This document shows positions 13,225 to 23,770 of a stretch of 26,893 nt of DNA, piece after piece. The stretch spans positions 1 through 26,893 of the forward strand of contig NW_021823819.1 of assembly GCF_006345805.1 (NCBI RefSeq), in the 5' to 3' direction. Numbering within the stretch: the stretch's first letter is position 1; each line of letters begins with the position of its first letter. The stretch comes from Octopus sinensis. Taxonomy: Eukaryota. The position numbers were made by a program, and so were the translations under genes. A model generated the notes under the pieces. The model was not told where the DNA came from. It saw only the letters and a program-made list of their open reading frames with translations, and ran no database searches.

Positions 13225-14244
13225 ATGAAAAACAAAGTAAAAAATAGAAAATGCTAAAATAATTTTATAGTGTGAACATTTCAGTACCGGTTCGGTCATT
13301 TTGAGACCTTTTCAACTGTAACGATTAAATAATTAAATTTAGAAAAATTAGAAGAAAAGTTTTTTTTTTAAAGATATTCTATAGTAGTGTTCAGATTTAA
13401 GTGGCATTCTGCCTTTCTCTGACTCCCTTGTTTGCACTTGTGTGTTCGAGGTAGTTGTGAGTTCTTGGTAGGGTAGTAGAGGGAAGGCTGGTGAGGAAAG
13501 GGGGGTGGGGAGAATCTGGGAGTGCCCTGATGGTCGTATTTTGAATGGTCAGTGGCGGCTGGCAGTCTCAGTTCAATTCAGGAGAATATTTATATTGACA
13601 GGCTTCTTTATAGAATTAGCGTAGGTGTTATACTAAAAAACATTAGGACAAACTTAAGGGGTAGGGGGTGGAGAAGAAGAAGAAGAAGAAGAAGAAGACG
13701 GAGAAGGAGAGGAGAAAGATGACGATGATGGTGAGGTGGTGATGATTATGACGACGATGATGATGATAACGATGATGAGAAGAAGAAGAAGAAGAAGGAG
13801 AGAAGAGAGAAGATGGTGGTGATGATGGTGGCGATGATGATGATGCCGATGATGATGATAACGATGATGAGAGAAGAAGGGGAAGAAGAAGAAGAAGAAA
13901 AAACAGAGAGGGAGAATATGAAGGGTGTAAATATAGCTATGAAAGGGGCTGATTAGTAATGGATTCTATGGAGTGTAGTAGTTGTGTGTGTACATATATT
14001 TTTTCTTTTTTTCTAAGTTGAGGTATATTAATTGTGTTTGTCGTAGACCCGTTAAGAAGTGGCTTGTATTTTGTAATAAGAGATTTTCTTTACTTATTCG
14101 TTGTCTCGAGGGTTGTATCGTCCTAAATTGGTAGTAGGGGGGAAAGAGGAAGGAAAATTCTGAAGTTTGGGTTTTTGTTGGCGCAAGTATCTATGTGTTG
14201 GCTAAAAGCTATTTTTCTGTTTTGGGGAATTTTATCTGGGATCT
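13225..14244 (-). mobile_element. Penelope-like element, 5'-truncated (GIY-YIG C-terminus + 3' UTR/pLTR)
   Basis: Reverse complement of ~22286-23260, including the QIK(F)PKTEK.LLANT.ILAP-coding DNA and the terminal hammerhead-like motif. Confidence 0.9.
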
Positions 14245-14929
14245 TCTTCTTCTTCTTCTTCCTCTTTCTTCTTCATCATCATCGTTATCATCATCATCGG
14301 CATCATATCATCGCCACCATATCACCACCATCTTCTCCTTCTCCTCCTTCTTCTTCTTCTTCATCATCATTCATCGTTATCATCATCATCGTCGTCATAA
14401 TCATCACCACCATCACCATCATCGTCATCTTCTCCTTCTCCTTCTCTTCTTCTTCTTCTTCTTACTTCTTCTTCTCCACCCCTACCCCTTAAGTTTGTCA
14501 CTAATGTTTTTTAGTATAACACCTACTCGATTCTATAAGAAGCCTGTCAATATAAATATTCTCCTGAATTGAACTGAGAACTGCCAGCCGCCACTGACCA
14601 TTCAAAATACGACCATCAGGGCACTCCCAGATTCTCCCACCCACCCTTTCCTCACCAGCCTTCCCTCTACTACCCTACCAAGAACTCACAACTACCTCGA
14701 ACACACAAGTGCAAACAAGGGAGTCAGAGAAAGGCAGAATGCCACTTAAATCTGAACACTACTATAGAAATATTCTTTTAAAAAAAAAAAAAAACTTTTC
14801 TTCTAATTTTTCTAAATTTAATTATTTAATCGTTACAGTTGAAAAGGTCTCAAAATGAACCGAAACCGGTACTGAAATGTTCACTATAAATTATTTTAGC
14901 ATTTTCTATTTTTTACTTGGTTTTTTCAT
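14242..14929 (+). mobile_element. Penelope-like element 3' UTR/pLTR, inverted partner of 13225-14244
   Basis: Colinear with ~22655-23260; reverse complement of ~13225-13900. Confidence 0.9.
14836..14874 (+). ncRNA. Hammerhead-like motif, U3:A8 variant (stem II with bulged A)
   Basis: CAG-TTGAAAA-GGTC-TCAAAAT-GAACC-GAAAC-CG-GTA-CTG. Confidence 0.5.
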
Positions 14930-15133
<204 letters not shown>

Positions 15134-15284
15134 ACAAGGGGCTTCTTTCAGTTTCCGTCTACCAACTCCACTCACAAGGCTTTGATCGGCCCGAGGCTAC
15201 AGTGGAAGACACTTGCCCAAGGTGACACGCAGTGGGACTGAACCCGGAGCCATGTGGTTGGGAAGCAAATTTCTTAACATACGG
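15134..15284 (-). mobile_element. SINE family A head
   Basis: Contains ACTTGCCCAAGGTG (15211-15224), whose reverse complement CACCTTGGGCAAGT resembles the CORE-SINE box. Confidence 0.85.
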
Positions 15285-15442
15285 TGATGCTTGTCATTAT
15301 ATTTTCCTATTTTGGAAATGATTTGATGTGAAGGGGTAGAAAAGGTGAAAGGGCACCTTTCACGGATCAATTTTAGGATTTCTGCGACTTGTGGGAAAAA
15401 GAAAGAAGTAATTCTCGGACCAAAATATCTGACCTGAATTCT

Positions 15443-16039
15443 TATTTCTTTATTACCCACAAGAGGCTAAACACTGAGGGGACAAACAAGGACAGACAAA
15501 GGGATTAAGTCGATTACATCGACCCCTGTGCGTAACTGGTACTTAATTTATCGACCCCGAAATGATGAAAGGCAAAGTCGACCTCGGCGGAATGTGAACT
15601 CACAACGTAACAGCAGACGAAATACTTATTTCTTTACTACCCACAAGGGGCTAAACACAGAGAGGACAGACAAACGGATTAAGTCGATTACATCGACCCC
15701 AGTGCGTAGCTGGTACTTATCTAATCGACCCCGAAAGGATGAAAGGCAAAGTCGACCTCGGCGGAATTTAAACTCACAACATAACGGCAGACGAAATACC
15801 TATTTCTTTACTACCTACAAGGGGATAAACACAGACGGAACAAACAAGGACAGACAAACGGATTAAGTCGATTATATCGACCCCAGCGTGTAACTGGTAC
15901 TTATTTAATCGACTCCGGAATGATGAAAGGCAAAGTCGACCTCGGCCGAATTTGAACTCAGGACGTAACGGCAGACGAAATACGGTTACGCATTTCGCTC
16001 GGCGTGCTAACGTTTCTGCCAGCTCGCCACCTTTGAATG
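15443..16039 (-). mobile_element. SINE family C tandem trimer under a single TSD
   Basis: One tRNA-like head (15984-16039) plus three ~175-183-bp bodies (15801-15983, 15626-15800, 15443-15625); TCTGACCTGAATTCT at 15428-15442 and 16040-16054. Confidence 0.9.
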
Positions 16040-16344
16040 TCTGACCTGAATTCTGGCCCAGAATGGACCATGCTAATAATTCCATAGTGGACCAGGTGGT
16101 TGTAACAAAACCGACGGCTAGATTAACCCTACAACCCCAAAATCCAGGAGCAGGTCCGACATAGATTTACATATTCGACAGGCGTTGTGCAGTTGCCGTC
16201 TACCAAATTTCTTTCTCAAGACATTGATCAACGAGACCCTATGAAGGAGAACTTCTTACACAAGATGCGGTGCAGTGGCACCAAACCCAAGAACACGTGG
16301 TTGAGGAAACGAATTCCTTAACCACACAACTATGCTTGCGTTAC

Positions 16345-16522
16345 TACCAATTGTATTCAAACAGCTTTGTTTATTTAGTGTCTGCAAAATCCAGGTGTGT
16401 TGTATAAAGTATGAAGACTCTTCGGTAATCTATTCCTGTTGTGCGAAAAGGTTTCTTTTTCTGTTCTTCTTGTTTTCAATAACTTCTCGATTTACCAACA
16501 GCTGTTCTTTACATCCACGCAT
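16345..16522 (-). pseudogene. R4/Dong-type LINE reverse transcriptase fragment
   Basis: MRGCKEQLLVNREVIENKKNRKRNLFA / TGIDYRRVF / HTWILQTL matches the RLE-LINE RT motif GCKEQLL...NL..AWIDY.KAFDS.PH.WI. Confidence 0.75.
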
Positions 16523-16859
16523 CTACTTCCGAATCTCTCCCTATCTTTGTGTCTGTATGTGTGCATGTGTGTGCGTGTATGCGTACGTGTATGTGTGTTT
16601 GTGTGTGTTTGTTCATCTCGTAGGATGTTAATATTTTCCAGATGAGCAGACAGACTGTAGAATGGTAATAGCTGCCAGGGCTTTTGTACATGCTTGTAGC
16701 TTTGTGAGGAGGTGAAAAGCGGCGGCGGCGGTGGGGCGGGGGGGCGTATGCCTATTATCTTTGTTTTAAGAGGATTTAATACGTTTTTTCCGTTCAGGCC
16801 TTAGTACTGGTCTCTCGTGTAATTTATGTGTGTTGCTATAGAGACATGTTACTAATGGT

Positions 16860-16907
16860 ATTGGTGGTGGTGGTGGTGGTGGTGGTGGTGGTTGTGGTGG
16901 TGGTGGT
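16860..16907. repeat. (GGT)n microsatellite
   Basis: Direct inspection. Confidence 0.9.
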
Positions 16908-16996
16908 ATTCTACTCAGCTGATCTCTGATTGGTCAAACTGAAAATCAAAGTCATTCAAGCGGTGACTATCCCATCTTTTTTTACATGTAGACATA

Positions 16997-17267
16997 GGCA
17001 CGGTTGTGTGGTAAGAAGCTTGCTTCCCAACCACATGGTTCTGGGTACAGTCCCATTGCATGGCACCTTGAGTGAGTGCCTTCTACAATAGCCTCGGGCC
17101 GACCAAAGCCTTGTGAGTGGATTTGATAGACTGAAACTGAAAGAACTTCGTCATATATACATGTGTGTGTGTGTGTCCTGGCGTCGATTTCTTCGACTAA
17201 AATCCCCTTAAGGTGGTGCTCCAGCATGGCCATAGTCAAATGACTGAAACAAAAGAATAAAAGAATA
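16997..17267 (+). mobile_element. SINE family A, bipartite, tail partly deleted
   Basis: Head, then (TA)(TG)n, then the distal tail GGTGGTGCTCCAGCATGGCC..AGTCAAATGACTGAAAC with repeated AAAGAAT end. Confidence 0.85.
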
Positions 17268-17780
17268 CATTGTATTTAAGACTACAACACCCATCGTCTC
17301 CCCACTTTTTAAAGTGAGGAAGATTTGTCAGCTATTTCTAAAAAGCCAGAGTCTCCACTGGTTGACTTGTGTAGATCTGTTGTGTGTATATTTGTTAAGT
17401 AATTTAACAGCAAACCGAGGAGGTTATCAATTCTGTGAGCCTTCCTCTTGCTATCTGTGTTATCTATAAAGCAGGCTTGTCTGAATCATCATCGCGACGT
17501 TATGTTGAAGATTCACACATATGATGCTTCCCGGCTTACTACATACGTTGGCTACCAAAAGCGACATGTTAGCAAGCGAAGTTACAAAAGTAGCTATCAA
17601 GTTTATCTTATTTCTCATCCATTACCCTTATTTTGCCTACATCAACTTGTGATGCACTTTGACATATCATCAGTGATGTTGCCTGGAATCATTGGGCGTT
17701 TCGTCTCTTTCCACGAGTGATCTAATAGGAATTAATCCCCGAGCTAAAAATAGATGTTATGGCTAAAAATAGAAATCACC

Positions 17781-17930
17781 GAAAATTTTACCCTAAAATA
17801 ATTCGAAAACTTTCCCCAAAAATTTTTCCAAAATTTTAACCAAAAATTTTTCGAAAATTTTCCTAAAAATTTTTCCAAAATTTTCACCAAAAATCTTTCC
17901 AAAACTTTCACCAGAGATTTTACCCAAAAA
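17781..17930. repeat. ~24-bp A/T-tract minisatellite, ~6 copies
   Basis: Unit approximately CAAAATTTTCACCAAAAATTTTTC. Confidence 0.85.
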
Positions 17931-17949
17931 TAAGTAGCTCTACTCTATC

Positions 17950-18600
17950 TATTGTCCACCTTTCTTTATCCGCAAGCAATCTTGAAGCAATTTCTGCTTT
18001 GCTTAATGGTCGTTTACCAATGAGCCCTTCAGGTGCCCAACATTTTCTAGGATCTGCTGAGGGATTGGTCTGCGAAACTCCTGTGTCCTACCTAATTAGG
18101 TTCACATCTTACATGCCATACGGAGTATCTGTATTCTTTTACATACTCAATATCTTTACTCTCTCTTTTCTTGGATTCTATGTCAACATTATGTCTAACT
18201 TTAGTGTTGTTAGATGTTTTGGGTCTTTCAACAATCAGACAAACTCAGGCGACCCAAAAAGGGGTTGACCAAGCCCTCAGCCTGTGTCTAGTTTGCATTA
18301 TCCCATCTATAGTTAACTTCTTCTGATCCATAGCCACTTTAAAATGACTTCTTATGTCTCAGAAGCTAACTTGATGGCGTTTCATTAACGGGCAACCGTC
18401 ACGCCCAGCAAGTTGTTGTCTCCACTGAGACACTGGCCTCCCAAGTCTCTTCGTCATATTTCAATAGTCTCACACTTCACTCTGCCCCCACTGTTTCGGC
18501 ATACTTCCACCATCTCCGTATATTTTGCCCTCATTCAAACATCCTCCTCCTGAACGCTACCTTCTCTGGTATTGGAAAGTTCTAACAGTAATTTATATTA
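17950..18600 (-). pseudogene. Possible RTE-like LINE RT C-terminal remnant (very decayed)
   Basis: Scattered motifs LLKYDEETW (cf. LLYG.ETW), RYSVWHVR (cf. LRW.GHV.R) and LLADKERW (cf. A.DR..W) appear in the expected order but across frameshifts. Confidence 0.35.
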
Positions 18601-19149
18601 AGCTTCTGAGATCAGCACCATGTCTGTTCTTAATGATGTTAAGGCAACAATTTCAATAAAGTTCAGTTACTTGTCATCTTTCTTGTCATGTACCTTTTCG
18701 TTTTATACGCCCTACAGCTTGAGTGTATTTCTATTAGGCGGGGGGGGGGAGGTTTGATGTACGTTTCACAATTATGTTATTTCCATTGATGTCAATGTAA
18801 AATTTTGATTTAAAAAATGCTCACGATTTTTCTTAAACATCTTTGGAATTTCTTTGCCAGAATCAGTTTTTTTTATATATATTTTTTTCACTTCCAGAAT
18901 CTCATTCATTTCTTTTTCCTCAATATGATAATTTCTTCATATTTCTTTTGCGTTCCTTGTTTTTCTGTTTTGTTTCTTTATTATGCTAGATTTTATTATT
19001 TTTATTTTGTTAACAAAAAAGCTATTTAAGTTTGGTTGTATTTTCTATCTCTACCGCTGGATTGGGAGAGGAAAGACCTACTCTCTAAAATTTTAGTATA
19101 GTTTATTTCAATACTTCCATGGGAAGAATGTAAAGTGTTATCGTACACG

Positions 19150-19179
19150 TTATTATTGTTATTATTATTATTATTATTA

Positions 19180-19212
<33 letters not shown>

Positions 19213-19247
19213 CATTATTATTATTATTATCATTATTATTATTATTA

Positions 19248-19305
<58 letters not shown>

Positions 19306-19330
19306 CATCATCATTATTATTATTATTATT
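19150..19330. repeat. (TTA)n microsatellite
   Basis: Direct inspection. Confidence 0.95.
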
Positions 19331-19850
19331 CTTGACTGAGAGAGCAGCGCATGCAATCAAAGTGAACCTGGGGTAAAATTTATGAAGCCCAGTATACCCG
19401 ACTGATAAGGGTACACCAGGCACATGCATCACAACCATATGTGTGCGACATGGTAGTCTCGTATCAAGATAAACAGCACATTACCTTGCAGGTAGGGCCC
19501 AGTTAGAATGTTCTTCTCGTCGAGTAGCCCATCCCGCCCAGAATGTCCTTGAATAAGGGTTTTTAAAGGACTCATGTTTCCAGATGTGAATTATTCAAAC
19601 AACATAGAATTCCTCGCAACACATGGCTCTGATTCCCCCCATTACTTCTACTCGTGATCAGAGAAGCATATACCGTCAGCTCAACTGGTTAATGTCAAAT
19701 AACCGACACGCAAATCTGTGGTATTGAGCACAATATTTGCTGTAGCCCATCTTTTATACCATGACAAAAAAAAATGTACATAATAGCACTTCCAATCAGT
19801 TGAGATCAGAAGCTACGGGGGCCACTGCTTGGTACTGCATCAGGGCATTT
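19331..19850 (-). mobile_element. Non-coding ~520-bp interspersed element embedded in (TAA)n
   Basis: Its first ~130 bp are the reverse complement of 20354-20487; TTA repeats on both sides; no ORF and no obvious A/B box. Confidence 0.65.
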
Positions 19851-20303
19851 ATTTATTATTAATATTATTATTAGGATTATCATTATTAAGGCGGCTAGCT
19901 GGCATAGACGAAGTCCAATGACTGAAACAAGTTAGAGATAAAAGTTAGTGGCTTAAAAGGACAGAAGAACTCACCATTTGTAGGTTATTCTCAAACAGAA
20001 TGCTTACAACAGAGCGAGTTCTGCTAATCGTACCAAGGGTATTAGTGATAAAGATCAGAGTAGGATTAAGTCTGCCATCAACATTTATTCAAATTTCTTA
20101 ATGGGTAAAAAAGAAACGCTGAAAATCATGAAACTCCAGTAAAATTATTGATCTTAGCTGATCTATCAACGACCCAAATAATAGATTGTGACGTCAATGA
20201 AGCCATCAAAATATCAAATTAATACCGGATTAAAAATTTTCAAAATGATAAACGTAGCAACAAAGAATGTTCATTAAAATATTAAAATGGCAATAAAATA
20301 ACG

Positions 20304-20353
<50 letters not shown>

Positions 20354-20355
<2 letters not shown>

Positions 20356-20487
20356 CATGTCGCGCACATATGGTTGTGATGCATGTGCCTGGTCTACCCT
20401 TATCAGACGGGTAGTCATGATGGGTATATTGGGCTTCGTATATTTTACCCCAGTGTCACTTTGATGGCATGAACTGCTCTCTCACTC
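20354..20487 (+). mobile_element. 5'-truncated copy of the (TAA)n-embedded element
   Basis: ACCATGTCGCGCACATATGG...CTGCTCTCTCACTC flanked by (AAT)n on both sides. Confidence 0.7.
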
Positions 20488-20515
20488 AATAATAATAATA
20501 ATAATGATGATAATG

Positions 20516-20601
<86 letters not shown>

Positions 20602-20669
20602 TAATAATAATAATAAGAAGAAGAAGAAGAAGAAGAATAATAATAATAATAATAATAATACTAATAATA

Positions 20670-20712
<43 letters not shown>

Positions 20713-20714
20713 GA

Positions 20715-20745
<31 letters not shown>

Positions 20746-20777
20746 AAGAAGAAGAGAAGAAGAAGAAGAAGAAGAAG
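20488..20777. repeat. (AAT)n/(AAG)n microsatellite
   Basis: Direct inspection. Confidence 0.95.
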
Positions 20778-21050
20778 AGAGCTCAATAGCCACTGGTGGG
20801 CGTACTTCTAGCTTATATCAGCTTGTTTGCTACGGGCCACATATTTGTCTTGTAGAGATTTTTGTTCCCACTTATCAGCCAATTGTTCAATCGCATTTTG
20901 CTTTGCTTTTGATTTCACCTTCTTTGCAACGACAGTTGCCGCACTTCCATCATGCTGTTCAACCTGGGTATTATACATAAACTCACTTGAAATTTTTTTG
21001 CTCTCTTTCTTAACAGAATGAAGCTTCTTACGTCTTTCGTGGTTTTCAAC
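20778..21050 (-). pseudogene. R4/Dong-type LINE, inverted segment upstream of the zinc knuckle
   Basis: ENHERRKKLHSVKKE...AIEQLADKWEQKSLQDKYVARSKQADIS*KYAHQWLLSS (cf. W..K.LHGQY.......AD.....HQWL.SS). Confidence 0.8.
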
Positions 21051-21052
21051 GA

Positions 21053-21899
21053 AAAGATGGTGTAGACCCAATGTACCGGTGCTGCAACGATGGGATTGAG
21101 ACTCTGGACTACCTAGTCTTTGGGTGTAAGGTTTTAGCACCTGTAGAGTATAAGCCAAGACATGACAGAGTTGGTCAATATCTACATTGAATAACGTGTC
21201 GGCATTATAAAATCAAAACTGTTGACAAATGGTACAAGCACTACCCTGAAGCTATAACTGAGAGAGAAAATGTAACGATTTTTTGTGACTTTCCAGAGTG
21301 TACAGATCGGACCATCAAGACAAATAAACCAGATATTGTTGTGAAAGACCAAAACAATAAAGTCTGTTTATTGATTGACATGAGCATACCCTGTGACCAG
21401 TGAAGGCACATGGCTCAGTGGTTAGAGCGTCGAGCTTACGATCGTAAGATTGTGAGTTCGAATCCCGGACCGGGCTGCATGTTGTGTTCTTGAGCAAGAT
21501 ACTTTATTTCACGTTGCTCCAGTTCACTCAGCTGTAGAAATGAGTCGCGACGTCACAGGTGCCAAGCCGTATCAGCATTTGCCTTTCCTTTGGATAACAC
21601 TGGTGGCTTGGAGAGGGAAGGTCGGTATGCATGGGCGACTGCTGGTCTTCCATAAACAACCCTGCCCGAACTTGTGCCTGGGAGGGTAACTTTCTAGGTG
21701 CAATCCCATGGTCAGTCATGACCGAATGGGGTCTCAGAAACCCTGTGACCATAATATCTCGGCAAAAGAATTTGATAAGCTCAGAAATTATAAAGAATTG
21801 CTAATCGAAATCGAAAAGATGTGGCATATCAAGGCAGTCACGATGCCAGTGATTGTAGGAGCGCTTGGAATGATCAAAAAAGGAACTGAAAAGTATTTA
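21053..21899 (+). pseudogene. R4/Dong-type LINE zinc knuckle + restriction-like endonuclease, interrupted by a SINE
   Basis: KDGVDPMYRCCNDGIETLDYLVFGC...YKPRHDRVGQYLH*...DRTIKTNKPDIVVKDQNNKVCLLIDMSIPCD[SINE]HNISAKEFDKLRNYKELLIEIEKMW...PVIVGALG: RHD, PD-(D/E)xK and GALG motifs, in frame once the SINE is removed. Confidence 0.9.
21400..21739 (+). mobile_element. SINE family B, full length, with 12-bp TSD
   Basis: A box TGGCTCAGTGG, B box GAGTTCGAATCC, CORE-like GTTCTTGAGCAAGATACTTT; TSD ACCCTGTGACCA at 21388-21399 and 21740-21751. Confidence 0.95.
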
Positions 21900-21962
21900 A
21901 TGCCTTGTGAGTGGATTTGGTAGACGGAAACTGAAAGAATCCCGTCATATATATGTCACAGA

Positions 21963-22500
21963 ATGAACACAATCCTCCAAACACACACGATCATAAAAAG
22001 CAAGAGACAGCCTAAATCCATGAAAAGTCTCCTAACACAAGCCCGAATTCACTCTTCAACACAGAAGCCGACAGTAAAAAAATGTGGAAGACCCAATTGC
22101 GGGATATGCGACTATCTAATTGAGGGATCAGAGTTCTCCTTCAAACAGGGACAACGGTTTACAGTGAAAAGCAACTTCACATGTGCTTCGAGAACCTAAT
22201 ATACTCACTAACCTGCTCCGGGTGTCAAGAGCAGTACATAGGCCAAACAAAAATAGTTTGCGTAAAAACGAATGGCCCTGCACAGATCCCAGATAAAAAT
22301 TCCCCAAAACAGAAAAATAGCTTTTAGCCAACACATAGATACTTGCGCCAACAAAAAACACCAAGCTTCAGGATTTTCCCCCTCTACTACCATTTAGGGA
22401 CGATACAACCTCGAGACAACGAATAAGTAAAGAAGTCTCTTTATTACAAAATACAGGCCACTTCTTAACGGTCTACGACAAACAATTAATAACCTCAACT
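21963..22500 (+). pseudogene. Penelope linker + GIY-YIG endonuclease (frameshifted)
   Basis: KSKRQPKSMKSLLTQA...KKCGRPNCGIC...FTCAS / ENLIYSLTCSGCQEQYIGQT / RMALHRSQI...FSQH / RISKEVSFITKYRPLLN. Confidence 0.9.
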
Positions 22501-23167
22501 TTAGAATGAAAGAAATTTCACACACAAGTGTTACATTCCAAGGAGTCCATTACAATCACACTAAAATCACAGCTATAATCCATAACATGCCACTTCAAGT
22601 CATACAACACTCACTACTTTACTTCTATTCCCCCCCTTCTTCTTTTTTGTTTTTTTCTTCTTCTTCCTCTTCTGCTTCATCATCATCATTATCATCATCA
22701 TCGTCGTCATAATCATCACCACCATCATCATCATCGTCATCTTCTCCTTCTCCTTTTTCTTCTTCTCTCATCATCATCATCATCAACATCGTCATCTTCT
22801 TCTTCTTCTTCTACTTCTCCACCTTCTACCCCTTAACTTTGTCACTAATGTTTTTTTAGTATAACACCTACGCAAATTCTATAACAAGCCTTTCAATAGA
22901 AATATTCTCCTGAATTGAACTGCGACTGCCAGCCGCCACTGACCATTCAAAATACGACCACAGGGCACTCCCAGATTTTCCACCCCCTTTCCTCATCAGC
23001 CTTCTTCCTCTACTACCCTACCAAGACTCACAACGACCTCCACACACAAGTGCAAACAGGGAGTCAGAGAAAGGCAGAATGCCACTTATATCTGAACACT
23101 ACTATAGAAAGATTCCTTTAAAAAAACTTTTGTTCTAATTTTTCTAAATTTAATTATTTAATCGTTA

Positions 23168-23205
23168 CAGTTGAAAAGGTCTCAAAATGACCGAAACCGG
23201 TACTG
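23168..23205 (+). ncRNA. Minimal hammerhead ribozyme motif, U3:A8 covariant core
   Basis: Stem I CAG 23168-70 / CTG 23203-05; core TTGAAAA 23171-77; stem II GGTC/GACC; GAAAC 23193-97; palindromic ACCGGT stem III; GTA triplet 23200-02. Confidence 0.6.
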
Positions 23206-23254
23206 AAATGTTCACTATAAAATTATTTTAGCATTTTCTATTTTTGACTTGTTT

Positions 23255-23353
<99 letters not shown>

Positions 23354-23770
23354 TGTGTTTGTCCCCCCAACATCGCTTGACAACCGATGCTGGTGTGGTT
23401 ACGTCCCCGTAACTTAGCGGTTCGGCAGAAGAGACCGATAGAATAAGTACTAGGCTTACAAAGAATAAGTACTGGGGTCGATTCGCTCGACTAAAGGCGG
23501 TGCTCCAGCATGGCTACAGTCAAATAACTGAAACAAGTGAATGAGTAAATGAGTAAATGTGATACAAGACATGCGCAACTAAAGAAATTGACACGTGAAC
23601 ACGTATACGCAAATAGACAGAGATATATGTATGCAGATGTATAAATGGAAAAATTGATACACGTACAAGCGTACATACGCACATATTGTGTTATTTAAAC
23701 TATTCGTACTTGTAAATGTATAACTGGGCCAACATACATACATGCACAAGACGAATACAGACGTACAGTC

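Larger units (their letters stand above)
21955..23260 (+). mobile_element. Penelope-like retroelement, 5'-truncated
   Basis: GIY-YIG coding remnant followed by a 3' UTR shared with 13225-14929. Confidence 0.9.
21902..23559 (+). mobile_element. 5'-truncated SINE family A split by a Penelope insertion in its (TA)n
   Basis: Head end 21902-21946, then (TA)n, Penelope, (TA)n(TG)n and tail module 23352-23559. Confidence 0.7.

Noticed and set aside
15300-16180. Coding sequence restored by removing the SINE trimer
   Set aside because: Rejoined flanks give only short ORFs; a faint IFWSE resemblance to Tc1 motifs is not convincing.
16642-16664. Possible 23-nt microexon (ttttccag|ATGAGC...GAATG|gtaata)
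   Set aside because: Weak pyrimidine tract, no recognisable peptide and no partner exons; expected by chance. RNA-seq would decide.
16718-16745. G-rich run as G-quadruplex or CpG island
   Set aside because: Too short and without promoter context.
17448-17720. 90-aa ORF in non-repetitive-looking DNA
   Set aside because: Non-ATG start and no recognisable motif in any frame I tried.
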